35,784 nucleotides of DNA from assembly GCA_903883985.1 (NCBI GenBank), contig CAISDD010000160.1:1-35784 (forward strand). The letters are read 5' to 3'. Positions 8,778 to 18,011 of the stretch are shown in pieces. How positions within the stretch are numbered: position 1 is the stretch's first letter; every line of letters starts with the position of its first letter. A program made the position numbers and the translations under genes. Source of the DNA: an uncultured Pseudomonadota bacterium (lineage in GTDB: Bacteria; Pseudomonadota; Gammaproteobacteria; Burkholderiales; Thiobacillaceae). The notes below the pieces were generated by a model, which saw only the letters and a program-made list of their open reading frames with translations, did not search any database and was not told where the DNA came from.

Positions 8778-9542
8778 CTAAAGCTTGCGCCGCACGCCGA
8801 AGAGCCCCGCGAAACCAAGGCCGAGGAGGGCAAGCGAGTCTGGCTCCGTGATTGCTCGGCTGAACACCACCACGTCCTGCGTAGCCCCACCCGGCGTGCC
8901 GTCATTCAGGAAACTGAGTTGGTAGTTGCCCGTGATCGCCGCCGTATTCAAATGGGTCAGCCACCCATTCGCCTCAACGATGGCCGCGGCTGCCGTATTG
9001 CTGCCGACGTTGAATCCGGGGTCGGTCGAGTTGATCTGATAGGTGCCGGAACTGCCCGGGGTACCGTAAGCGATCTCCCAAACAGCCAGTTGAAACGCCG
9101 CGGAATCGGTCAAGCTGCTGAGCGACCCATAGACCTCATCGGCCAACAAGATCAACTGGTTCACCCGGTTCGTGCCCGTGTCGGGCCCCGGACGCAGGGA
9201 GGTCAGCATGGCGGCGAGGTCGCCCGGCGTACCCACCGTGTAGCTGTAGGAATTCACCATCCAGTGGTAGATATCGACGCACCACGCGTTGAACTGCCCC
9301 GCGCTGGAGAAGCCATAGGAGGTATTGCTCGACGATAAGGAGTCGCCGCCGATGTAGACGTTGGCAGCCGTAGTCGGCGAATTGGGGTTGGGCGCCAGGT
9401 AGCCGGTGTCGTAGCCTACGGCACCCTGGCCGAAGTCGGCTGCACCTGTGTAAGAAATCTGTATGGTCGCCGCCAGGGCCGCGGGACTCGCCATCGCCGC
9501 GCCGACGCAAGCTGCCGCTGCCAGAAGTTGCTTGTAGTACAT
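8778..9542 (-). CDS. PEP-CTERM sorting-domain secreted protein
   Basis: Signal peptide MYYKQLLAAAACVGAAMASPAALA. C-terminal sorting tag TEPDSLALLGLGFAGLFGVRRKL (PEP-like motif, TM helix, basic tail). Start placed at the internal ATG 9542 with GAGGTG upstream; the ORF track starts at 9587. Confidence 0.8.
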   Translation of the reverse strand: MYYKQLLAAAACVGAAMASPAALAATIQISYTGAADFGQGAVGYDTGYLAPNPNSPTTAANVYIGGDSLSSSNTSYGFSSAGQFNAWCVDIYHWMVNSYSYTVGTPGDLAAMLTSLRPGPDTGTNRVNQLILLADEVYGSLSSLTDSAAFQLAVWEIAYGTPGSSGTYQINSTDPGFNVGSNTAAAAIVEANGWLTHLNTAAITGNYQLSFLNDGTPGGATQDVVVFSRAITEPDSLALLGLGFAGLFGVRRKL

Positions 9543-9790
9543 ACCCCACCTCAACACAGATATATTCTTAAATAAAGCATGAACCATGCCACAACGGATG
9601 TATACCTGGAATTGGTGTGAAACACGCCAGGCAGGAACGGCCCTTTGGCCGCAAACGACCGCCGCATCCAGTGCGAGGCGATGGTTTCATCCTCCGAGGT
9701 GGCGCCGGCCACCCAGATCGTTAGAACCGGTAAAAAGTGGGGAGCGCCTTGCGCCTTATTTCCGTCACTCTGGTCGAGTTTTCGACAGAA

Positions 9791-9811
9791 CCTGCCGATT
9801 TGAGCGGCAGG
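9791..9811 (-). terminator. Possible terminator hairpin after the SWIM gene
   Basis: CCTGCCG-atttgag-CGGCAGG, a 7-bp stem 10 nt downstream of the SWIM stop. Followed on the minus strand by TTCTGTCGAAAA, only a weak U-tract. Confidence 0.25.
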
Positions 9812-9820
9812 GGCACGGCG

Positions 9821-10816
9821 TCAGACGGGCTCAGACTTCCTTTTTCGCCGTACCGGGGTGTCGGGCACGCCCTGCTGCAAGGATTTTTTGGCAACAGCGG
9901 GTTTGGCCGCTTGGCGTTTCGGGGGCGGGGCGGGAGTCTTGGCTTCCAGGGGCGGTGGAGTCGCCGCTTCCTTCGCCTTTGCGGAAATCACCCTGGCAGC
10001 CGTCCTGGCTGGCGTACAGTTGGCTGGAGCCGGCGGCTCGATTGGCGTCTGCGCGGGGGGCTTCTGGAGCGTTCCGGTTTTCTTCTTCGCGACGGGTGGC
10101 GCTTCGGCTTTGGCCATCTCGATGCCGAAGACATCGGAAAGCAGCGCGTCGTCGAGCACCCGGCCCTTGGGCAGCACGTTCTTCTTGACGGGCAGCACCG
10201 CCGCCTGCGTCACCAGGTCATGGGCATCCACCTGGCGCAGCGTGAAGAGCAGGTCGGGCTGCGCATCCAGACGCGCGCCCACGCCATACAGCACGGCGGC
10301 GACGTGCTTGCACATCGTCGCCCAATCCGGACAGGAGCACTTGAGTTGAATGGCTTGCGGCGCGGGAAACAAACCCGTCGCAGGCATACAGACGCGCTCC
10401 ATCACGGCCTTTGATAGCCGGCCCTGCAAGAGTTCCACCAGCGAGGCGATGGAGCCGGTGCATTCCTTCACCAACGCCCTCCAGTGCGCATCCGGCACGG
10501 CGGCAATGCCGATTTCGACTGTGTAGAGATCGGATCCCATCACCTGCGCCTTCACCTTGCCCGGCTCAATTTTGAGATCGATGACCGAGCCGTTGCGTAC
10601 GTAGGTGCGTCCGCGCGGCAGGCGGTTCTCGTAGTCGCTGTAGGCCTCCAGATTGTCGCACCACGCGCGGCCCCAGAAGGTCTGGGCGATGGTTCGGCCT
10701 TCGATCACGACCGGGGCCATGCTCTGCCCGGTTTTCGCCGCCTTGGCGACCGTCTTTTCGGCCAGTGCCCGACGTTTGGCGACAGGCACGTAAGGTTTCC
10801 AGTTACCGTAACTCAT
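9821..10816 (-). CDS. SWIM zinc-finger protein with Pro/Ala/Lys-rich basic tail
   Basis: SWIM signature CSCPDWATMCKHVAAVLY (CxC...CxH). Start is 4 nt after the SNF2 stop. The last ~100 aa are low-complexity (KKKTGTLQKPPAQTP...PPPKRQAAKPAVAKK...RRKRKSEPV). Confidence 0.85.
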   Translation of the reverse strand: MSYGNWKPYVPVAKRRALAEKTVAKAAKTGQSMAPVVIEGRTIAQTFWGRAWCDNLEAYSDYENRLPRGRTYVRNGSVIDLKIEPGKVKAQVMGSDLYTVEIGIAAVPDAHWRALVKECTGSIASLVELLQGRLSKAVMERVCMPATGLFPAPQAIQLKCSCPDWATMCKHVAAVLYGVGARLDAQPDLLFTLRQVDAHDLVTQAAVLPVKKNVLPKGRVLDDALLSDVFGIEMAKAEAPPVAKKKTGTLQKPPAQTPIEPPAPANCTPARTAARVISAKAKEAATPPPLEAKTPAPPPKRQAAKPAVAKKSLQQGVPDTPVRRKRKSEPV

Positions 10817-10820
10817 GCGT

Positions 10821-13472
10821 TCATTCCCCGATGGAGTGAATATCGAGCTTGACCAGATCGAGCAATTCCGCGTCGCTCATCTCGGTCAGATTGATTTCCG
10901 CGCCTCCTTCGAGCACGTCCTTCACCAGTTGCTGCTTGGAGCGTATCAGGCCATCGATGCGTTCCTCGATGGTGCCACGGCAGACGAACTTGTGCGCCAG
11001 CACGTTGCGGTGCTGGCCGATGCGCCAGGCGCGGTCAGTCGCCTGGTTTTCCACGGCAGGATTCCACCAGCGGTCGAAGTGAATCACATGGGAAGCCGCG
11101 GTCAGGTTCAGCCCGGTTCCTCCCGCCTTGAGCGAGAGCACGAAGAAGGGCGTCTGCTCGTCCTCCTGGAAACGTTTGACCAGTTCGCGACGTTTGCCCA
11201 CCGGCGTGCCGCCATGCAGCACCAGCCCTTCGCGCCCGAAGAGGTTCCCCAGGAAAGCTGCCAGGGGCGCGGTGGTCTCGCGAAACTGGGTAAAGACCAG
11301 CAGTTTTTCCTGCCGGGCGGCGATGGTTTCCGCGATTTCCGCCAGCCGCGTGAACTTGCCGCTGTCTTGCGGCTTCCAGGCGCCATCGCCTAGCCAGTGC
11401 GAAGGATGGTTGCAAATCTGCTTGAAACGCATCAGGTAGGCCAGAACCAGCCCACGGCGCGCTATGCCCTCCGCCGACTCCAGGGAGGCGGCCAGTTCCT
11501 TGACCGCGCATTGATAGAGCACAGCCTGAGCGGGGTTGAGCGCGCACCAGGCCGTCATTTCCGTCTTGTCCGGCAGATCGTCGATGATGCGTTTGTCGCT
11601 CTTCAATCGGCGCAGGATGTAGGGATTGACGAGCGCGCGCAGCGGGCCGTAATGCGCCAGGTTCTTGGTGTATCCAGCAAACACTTTCTGCGATCCCAAC
11701 AGACCCGGATGGGTGAAATCGAACAGCGACCAGAGATCGGAGAGGCGGTTTTCCACCGGGGTGCCGGTGAGTGCAATGCGTGCGTCGGCCGTGAGCCTCT
11801 TGACCGCCTTCGTCTGCTTGGCCGCCGGGTTCTTGAGGGCCTGCGCCTCGTCGGCCACCACCAGGCGCCAACGCATCTCCATCAGCTTAGGCAGGCGTAT
11901 CAGTGTGCCATAGCTGGTGATGACCAGATCCACGTCCACCAGCCGTTCGACATCCAGCGCGCGCAATTCTTCCTGCGGCATCGCCGACGGGTGCGCGATG
12001 AGGCAGCGCAGGGTTGGGGTAAAGCGTTCGGCTTCCTGTTGCCAGTTGGCCAGCAGCGAGGCGGGGGCTACGAGCAGACTAGGCCGTCCTCGTTCGAGTG
12101 TGAGCAGCAAGGCGAGCACCTGAATCGTCTTGCCCAGGCCCATGTCGTCGGCGAGGCACGCGCCCAGCCCCATCCGGGTGAGCAGGTGCAACCAGCGCAC
12201 CCCCGCCTGCTGGTAGGGACGCAAAGTGGCTTTCAATTCCGGGCCGGGCGTGACGGCGGCCAAGCCCTCGGGGGAGCGCAAACCCCGGAGCAGGTCGGTC
12301 AGCCAGTCCCCGGCGACCACTTCCAGCCAGTCCGGATCGGAGGGGGCTGCGGGCGCGTCCGATGCGCCCGCCAGCAGTCGCATGGCCTGGCCGAAGGGCA
12401 GCCCGTCCGCCGCCGCGTCTTCGATGCCCTGAAAGCGGGCAATGAGATGGGCCAGCCGATCCCGATCCACCTCGACCCACTGACCGCGTATCCATTGCAG
12501 GCCCTCCTTGCTTGCGAGCAGGGCCGCAATTTCCTCGGAGGTCAGTGGTTTGCCGTCCAGCGTGACGTCCATGTGAAAGTCGAGCAGGGCATCCATGCCG
12601 AGCAGCGAGGGGGGCTTCGTGCCGACGCTGGCGGACACCCTGGGGCGAACGGGGCGATCTGCGGCCCAGGTCCGGGGCATGCGCACGACGATGCCGGCCG
12701 CGTCCAGCTTGGGCACATCCTTCAGGAAACGAAGGGCATCGCTCGCCTGCCAGCGCAGGGGGTGGTAAATCTCACCCTCACCGATCATCTCGGCCAGCCA
12801 TACGCAAGTTTCCGCCGCCTTTTGCACCGGCATGAGCAGTGACAGAAGCTGTGCCTTCTTCCTGCCGCCGGAGAACTCCGCCAGGGCTTGGGAGAGCGGC
12901 AGATGCTGGGCCGTGCCTGTGGCCGACAGACCGGACGTGTAGGTGGCGAGGAAGGCAAAGGGGCAGTCCGGGTCCTTGCGATTTTCCGCTAGGTTGAAAT
13001 GCACGCGCCCGACCAGATTCCAGGCCGGATGTTTCGCCTTGAGAAAATCCTGGAGCGACAGCTTCGAGGCCGTCAACTCTGCCTTCACGGCAGATTCGAT
13101 CTCTTTCCAGAGGGCGGCGAGCACCTCCGGTGTCAGGTATTCCGCACCCGCCATTGGCGGCGCATCGAGGCACAGGGTTTCATGGGTCAGCGTATCGGGC
13201 GTGGCCACCGCGATTTCGCCGCTCGAAGGCGTGGCGCTTTGTGTCGCAGTGAGCGCCGTCACGTAAAGCGCCGCAAAGTCGCGCCAGTAAGCCCAGAGGG
13301 CCGGCAGCGCGGTAGTGACTTCCGCTGCACCCAGGTGCAGCAGGCCGTGTCCGGCACCAAGAGCGAAGGCCGCCTCCAGACGCCCGGCGAGCGCATCCGG
13401 AAGCGACAGGGCATCCGGTGCCGCAGCCAAGCGAAGATGCCCCCTGGGTGTGAGATGCGCAGCCCAGGTCAT
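10821..13472 (-). CDS. SNF2-family helicase/ATPase with bacterial SNF2-associated N-terminal domain
   Basis: Motif I DDMGLGKT, motif II DEAQALKN, motif III LTGTPVEN, motif VI QATDRAWRIGQ. The ~400-aa N-terminal region is of the type usually paired with SWIM proteins. GAGGAGG RBS. Confidence 0.9.
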   Translation of the reverse strand: MTWAAHLTPRGHLRLAAAPDALSLPDALAGRLEAAFALGAGHGLLHLGAAEVTTALPALWAYWRDFAALYVTALTATQSATPSSGEIAVATPDTLTHETLCLDAPPMAGAEYLTPEVLAALWKEIESAVKAELTASKLSLQDFLKAKHPAWNLVGRVHFNLAENRKDPDCPFAFLATYTSGLSATGTAQHLPLSQALAEFSGGRKKAQLLSLLMPVQKAAETCVWLAEMIGEGEIYHPLRWQASDALRFLKDVPKLDAAGIVVRMPRTWAADRPVRPRVSASVGTKPPSLLGMDALLDFHMDVTLDGKPLTSEEIAALLASKEGLQWIRGQWVEVDRDRLAHLIARFQGIEDAAADGLPFGQAMRLLAGASDAPAAPSDPDWLEVVAGDWLTDLLRGLRSPEGLAAVTPGPELKATLRPYQQAGVRWLHLLTRMGLGACLADDMGLGKTIQVLALLLTLERGRPSLLVAPASLLANWQQEAERFTPTLRCLIAHPSAMPQEELRALDVERLVDVDLVITSYGTLIRLPKLMEMRWRLVVADEAQALKNPAAKQTKAVKRLTADARIALTGTPVENRLSDLWSLFDFTHPGLLGSQKVFAGYTKNLAHYGPLRALVNPYILRRLKSDKRIIDDLPDKTEMTAWCALNPAQAVLYQCAVKELAASLESAEGIARRGLVLAYLMRFKQICNHPSHWLGDGAWKPQDSGKFTRLAEIAETIAARQEKLLVFTQFRETTAPLAAFLGNLFGREGLVLHGGTPVGKRRELVKRFQEDEQTPFFVLSLKAGGTGLNLTAASHVIHFDRWWNPAVENQATDRAWRIGQHRNVLAHKFVCRGTIEERIDGLIRSKQQLVKDVLEGGAEINLTEMSDAELLDLVKLDIHSIGE

Positions 13473-13487
13473 GAGACCCCTCCTCTG

Positions 13488-16400
13488 TTAAATACGCCGC
13501 GCATCCAGCCATTTCAGCAGGACTGCGAGCAAGCACTCATAATCTACGGGCCTGCCAATAAAGTCATTCATCCCGGCTTCGCGGCAGCGTCGCTCATCCT
13601 CCGCGTACACATTGGCGGTCAAGGCGATGATGACAACGTCTGCGCTGGTGGCTTGCGCCGTGCCGGAGAATTTGCGAATTTGGCGCGTCGCTTCCAGACC
13701 ATCCATGTCGGGCATTTGGATATCCATCAGAATCGCATCATATGGCTTGAGCATCGCCATCTTCACGGCCTCGGAACCGGTCGATGCGACATGGACCACA
13801 AGCCCGGTTTCCTCGATCAGACTCTGGGCGATTTCCTGGTTCAGTAGGTCGTCCTCTGCGACCAGGATCATGGCGCCAGCGTGGCGGGCTTTCAGTTGGG
13901 CGCCTGCGGTATGCGTGCTGTCCACTCGCCCTGGCGGGGTGACAGGGCTGACCTTGCCCAAGCGCGCGGTAAACGAGAAGATACTGCCGAGGCCGATTTG
14001 GCTCTCGACGTCCATTTCGCCGCCCATCAACTTGACCAATCGCTTACTGATCGACAAACCCAGCCCGGTGCCGCCATATTTCCGGGTGCGGCTACCCTCG
14101 GCTTGTTCGAAGGCATTAAATATTCGCTTCTTATCCTCAGCCTCGATGCCAATACCGGTGTCGCAAACCTCGAAGCGTAGCAATATCCCGGAGGACTGAT
14201 CCTCGACCAGTGCCGCACGCAGGATGATCGAGCCCTGTGCCGTGAACTTGACCGCATTGGCTGCCAGATTGAGCAGAACCTGGCCCAGGCGCAGCGGATC
14301 GCCAATCAGCGTCAGCGCCGAGAGGGCGGGCGCGATCTCGACCCTCCATTCAAGTTTCTTACTGGCTGCCTGTTCGTGGGTCAGCGTGGTCACGTTGTCC
14401 ATCACGCTATCCAGGCTGAACTCGACCTGTTCCAGGGTAAGCTTGTTGGCCTCGATCCGGACGATATCGAGGATGTCGCTGATGAGGGCGAGCAGACGTT
14501 GAGATGCCAGGCTAACCTTGTTCAGTTGATCTATCTGTATGGGGTCGGTGGCACGACGCCTGGCCAGTTCGGTCATTCCCATGATGCCATTCAAGGGGGT
14601 CCGTAACTCATGGCTCATGGTGCTGAGGAAGACGCTCTTCGCTCGGGTGGCTGCCTCACTGACTTCCTTGGTGATGGAAAGGTCGGCCATACGCGCTTCG
14701 ACCATGCGCTCCAGATGACCACGGTAAAGTTGGAGCTCCACCTCCCGTTGCTTGCGTTCGGTGATGTCTCGGGCAATGCCCAAAACACCGATCAGGCATC
14801 CTTGCTCGTCGCGCACGGGCGCTTTAGTGACCTCCAGCAAGGCCTGATGGCCGTCTCTGACATAGGTGACCCACTCCTCGCTGACGATTGGGCCCACGGA
14901 CTCCAATGCATGGCGGTCACTCTGGAGGAATCGCTCGGCCAGCTCTATCGGCACGAGTTCATAATCGTTCTTGCCGACGATCTCGGCCGCGTCAGCGCCA
15001 AAATATCGTTCCACTCTGGCGTTAAGTACCAGGTAGAGGCCCTCTGGGTTCTTCATCCATACCATATCCGGCAGATTGTCGAGTAACGTTCGCAATTGGG
15101 CCCGTTGGCATGATAGGAGGGCCTCCTTTTCGCGCAGCTCCTCGATTTCGATCAATACACCCAGTTGCACCGCCGAAGCCAACTCCTCTGACGTCCAGGG
15201 CGGGCATTGCCCACGAATTTCTTGCAGGAACTGCTCAAATGATTTGCGTGGCGACAAGCGTCCGTTGGCATCGGCAATGTGCGCTTCACCAGGGTCGCCG
15301 CCCCAGCGTATCGACAGACACCGCTCCTCGCGAAACCAGATCATGGTATCGGCCGGTCTGGTGGGAACCGAGACGAACAGTGCCCCGGCAATCCCGTCGT
15401 TGGCCTCCTCCAAGCCGAGATCGCGGCTCAGGGCATCCGTGCTGAATAGGGTGGCCACGTCTGCGAGCTCCACTCGACGCGTCTGCAGCTCCCGAATTCG
15501 CTCGATATCCGGAGTTCTACCCGTGGTGTGGATGGCGCCATCGAGCAACAGGGCAAACCCATCTGCAGCGACGACGCCAAGCAGTTCTGCCGTGTCGCCA
15601 CTGCGCAGGAGGTCCTTGAAATCCATTTCCCGTATTGTTTCGATCAGGTTTTTTCGGCGCTTGCTCAAGTCATGCTTGCGCTTGTGCCTCTCCTTGGCCA
15701 GCGTGACTTCGAGCAGGGTGGAGAGGTCTTCAAACAACCACCCAAGTAAATCGCGGTCGGCCGGGCCGAAATACTTCGGCTCGCTCTTCTGCTGACAGGA
15801 CACCAGCCCCCAAAGGCGTCCTGAGACGATGAGGGGCCCCACCAGCGTGGCCCGAACACCCATGTTCCTGAGGTACTCGACATGCAACGGCGAGACGCTG
15901 CGCAGGATCGACGGCCCGAGGTCCAAGGCTCGAATGTCCCCGTGGGCGACCAGTGCCGAGGGGGTATACAGCGCATCGGGAATCTGGCGTACCCGGCTTT
16001 TCAGGAACCACTCGCGAACCTGCCTGGGGATGTCGCTGGCTGGGAAGTGCAGGCCCAGATACGGCTCTACACCATCGATACACGCCTCGGCCATGACCTC
16101 GCCATTCCATGCGTGGTCGAAGCGATACATCATCACCCGGTCGAAACCCGTCAGCTGGCGGATCAACACAACGGCTTGGGTTGCGATGGCCGCAGCGTCG
16201 CTCAATCGCCTCAGGGCGGCTATGGCCCGGCGACATTGGTACTGCACCCCAAGCACGGCGGCGCTTGATTCGGCGTCCTCGATGTCGACCAACACCTGGC
16301 CGGTCGCATTGATATTGGCTCTTGCACTCCACAACCGGCCGTTCAGCGAGCAAGACACCAGCGGTTGCAGGCCCTCACTTTGGCCGGACAGCAGTGCCTC

Positions 16401-16607
16401 TCCCGCAGAGACACCGAGCAGGGTAGCCAGTGGCTGGCCCAGCAGGGTTTCGGCGGCCACGCCAAGCAAGTCGGCGCAGGATACGCTGGCCGCCTCGATC
16501 ACAGCGGTCTCGGCATGGACCACGAGCAGCGCACCGTGGGGGAGTATGGAGCCCGTGAACCGTATCTGCTCCGACTCACAATTGTCTATCTTGTCGATGG
16601 CTGGCAT
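13488..16607 (-). CDS. bphP: Bacteriophytochrome hybrid sensor histidine kinase (PAS-GAF-PHY-PAS-HisKA-HATPase-REC)
   Basis: N-terminal NCESEQIRFTGSILPHGALL (cf. NCEREPIHIPGSIQPHGALL, including the biliverdin-binding Cys). GAF motifs FPASDIPRQVR and SPLHVEYLRNMGV. H-box SHELRTPLNGI. GTGLGLSI. C-terminal receiver ILVAEDD...LMDIQMPDMDG. Confidence 0.9.
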   Translation of the reverse strand: MPAIDKIDNCESEQIRFTGSILPHGALLVVHAETAVIEAASVSCADLLGVAAETLLGQPLATLLGVSAGEALLSGQSEGLQPLVSCSLNGRLWSARANINATGQVLVDIEDAESSAAVLGVQYQCRRAIAALRRLSDAAAIATQAVVLIRQLTGFDRVMMYRFDHAWNGEVMAEACIDGVEPYLGLHFPASDIPRQVREWFLKSRVRQIPDALYTPSALVAHGDIRALDLGPSILRSVSPLHVEYLRNMGVRATLVGPLIVSGRLWGLVSCQQKSEPKYFGPADRDLLGWLFEDLSTLLEVTLAKERHKRKHDLSKRRKNLIETIREMDFKDLLRSGDTAELLGVVAADGFALLLDGAIHTTGRTPDIERIRELQTRRVELADVATLFSTDALSRDLGLEEANDGIAGALFVSVPTRPADTMIWFREERCLSIRWGGDPGEAHIADANGRLSPRKSFEQFLQEIRGQCPPWTSEELASAVQLGVLIEIEELREKEALLSCQRAQLRTLLDNLPDMVWMKNPEGLYLVLNARVERYFGADAAEIVGKNDYELVPIELAERFLQSDRHALESVGPIVSEEWVTYVRDGHQALLEVTKAPVRDEQGCLIGVLGIARDITERKQREVELQLYRGHLERMVEARMADLSITKEVSEAATRAKSVFLSTMSHELRTPLNGIMGMTELARRRATDPIQIDQLNKVSLASQRLLALISDILDIVRIEANKLTLEQVEFSLDSVMDNVTTLTHEQAASKKLEWRVEIAPALSALTLIGDPLRLGQVLLNLAANAVKFTAQGSIILRAALVEDQSSGILLRFEVCDTGIGIEAEDKKRIFNAFEQAEGSRTRKYGGTGLGLSISKRLVKLMGGEMDVESQIGLGSIFSFTARLGKVSPVTPPGRVDSTHTAGAQLKARHAGAMILVAEDDLLNQEIAQSLIEETGLVVHVASTGSEAVKMAMLKPYDAILMDIQMPDMDGLEATRQIRKFSGTAQATSADVVIIALTANVYAEDERRCREAGMNDFIGRPVDYECLLAVLLKWLDARRI

Positions 16608-16613
16608 GTGTTC

Positions 16614-17315
16614 TTAACCGGGTTGCAAGGTCAATTGGTGGTAAACGAAGGCTCGCAGCAGCAAATCCGTCTCGGCGGGAACCTCGAAGAACAGGACACC
16701 ACAGCGATAGCCTGCCTTCTCGTCACCCGAAGACCACGCAATGGACGCGAAGACCGAAATTAGCTGCGTATGCGTCTCCAGGATGATGGGTATGCGAGCG
16801 GTGAGGAGTTCCCCGACTTCGCCCAGCGACACTGCCGAGACGACCATGGCGCCGGTGAGACTGATATCCAGGAGCATAGCCTCGTAGACCGTAGTATCGA
16901 CCCGCGTGACGTCCACGGGCAGCATCACCTGAATACGTGGACTATTCCGAGCTTGCCTGACCACGACCGATTCGGGATAGAGGAAGTGGATGTGCGGGTA
17001 GGGGGTGGTGCTGACGAAAATGGGATGGCAATGGATGGCGAAGGCATGCGTGTTGACCAGACCCCGCAGGATAAACATGTCGGTGGGCTTGATCCACAAG
17101 TCCTCCTGTCCCCTTGGCAGCGTCGTGATCAAGCTCTTGCTCGGCAGCGTCCCGATGTACAGGACTGGAAGATGTGACTTGGCGTTGGCAGGTTGCAAAT
17201 GGACGGGGTGACCCGGCATCAGGTTCAGATCCGCGAAAACCCACACCGAGGAGGGCGCGCCAAAGATTCTGGCTGTGCTTGGTGTGTTTGGTGCGTATTG
17301 AATATCCCCTCCCAT
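16614..17315 (-). CDS. YcgR-like PilZ-domain (c-di-GMP binding) protein
   Basis: PilZ motifs RNSPR (RxxxR) and DISLTGAMV (DxSxxG) in the C-terminal half, with a YcgR/PilZN-like N-terminal half. Stop is 6 nt before the bphP start. Start set at internal ATG 17315 because the ORF-track N-terminus (to 17426) is an Arg-rich, non-protein-like stretch. No clear RBS, so the start is uncertain. Confidence 0.7.
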   Translation of the reverse strand: MGGDIQYAPNTPSTARIFGAPSSVWVFADLNLMPGHPVHLQPANAKSHLPVLYIGTLPSKSLITTLPRGQEDLWIKPTDMFILRGLVNTHAFAIHCHPIFVSTTPYPHIHFLYPESVVVRQARNSPRIQVMLPVDVTRVDTTVYEAMLLDISLTGAMVVSAVSLGEVGELLTARIPIILETHTQLISVFASIAWSSGDEKAGYRCGVLFFEVPAETDLLLRAFVYHQLTLQPG

Positions 17316-17627
17316 ATAAAAATAGCCAGGCCGGCGCCGTTTTACGCGAGCATCCCTCCGTCCCGGGTGCGCCGAAGAGACTCGGCCAACTGAGGGTCGC
17401 GTCGGTTGCCTCCTTCCGATGAGCAAACAAGCTGTGGCGACCCGTCCCGGGCCGAACGCGACGGGAGCACCACAGGATGTCCCGTTCGTGGTGGTGTTTC
17501 AAGCGTACCCCACCCAGAAAGCAAAATACTTTGCCGATATTTGCATATTTGCCAATTCACGACTCGGGGCAAGCCTCTGCGTTGCGCTTCGCGGGACAGC
17601 GAGTATCGGCGCGATTCAACGGTGGCT

Positions 17628-17647
17628 ATCGCGGGCAAGCCCGCTCC
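17628..17647. repeat. REP-like unit (ATCGCGGGCAAGCCCGCTCC)
   Basis: Contains the self-complementary GCGGGCaaGCCCGC. Same unit as the arms of the doublet at 33444-33496. Abuts MITE copy 3. Confidence 0.5.
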
Positions 17648-17806
17648 TAAGTGATGCTGCGAAACAGATTTGGTTTGCCACCGGGCCCCTCACCCTGCTC
17701 TCTCCCGAAGGGAGTGGGTTCCACCCCCTTCCTCCTCCGGGGGAAGGGCCGGGGATGAGGGCCTGCGCCGGCAGCTTAATGAAGGCAAGTTACGCGACTT
17801 TACTTA
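17648..17806 (+). repeat. MITE-like repeat, copy 3 of 6
   Basis: TAAGTGATGCTGCGAAAC ... GTTACGCGACTTTACTTA with the same internal core. Translating it produces the false N-terminus MVCHRAPHPALSRR... of ORF 17670-20465. Confidence 0.85.
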
Positions 17807-18011
17807 CGACACGGCCAACAGCCAGCGTAGTAAGCCTGACTCGGCATTTGGCAAAGTTGCCCCTTTCTCGATGATGAAGTTATCCTTGCCACCCTGGAAT
17901 AGGTGGCAATCCAGTCCAACCACCCATCCTGATGGCGGCATGGTGCGGCTGGTGGACCAGCCCTTGCTTGTGGCCCGCCACTTGAACCTTGAAACCTCAC
18001 GCTGGAGTTCC

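Noticed and set aside
16614-17426. Full-length ORF-track version of the PilZ gene (270 aa).
   Set aside because: The first 37 codons (MLIGRRQPTRPSVGRVSSAHPGRRDARVKRRRPGYFY) look non-coding. I shortened the call to ATG 17315, but no good RBS supports any start, so the 5' end remains uncertain.
17670-18011. N-terminal 114 codons of ORF 17670-20465 (MVCHRAPHPALSRREWVPPPSSSGGRAGDEGLRRQLNEGKL...). The same peptide recurs at the start of ORF 31304-32245, in ORF 8548-8781 and, antisense, in 6919-7203 and 6801-6986.
   Set aside because: These peptides are translations of the MITE-like repeat, with identical DNA in six intergenic sites. The real genes have better starts with RBS downstream (18012 and 31448). 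The stand-alone ORFs consist almost entirely of repeat sequence.
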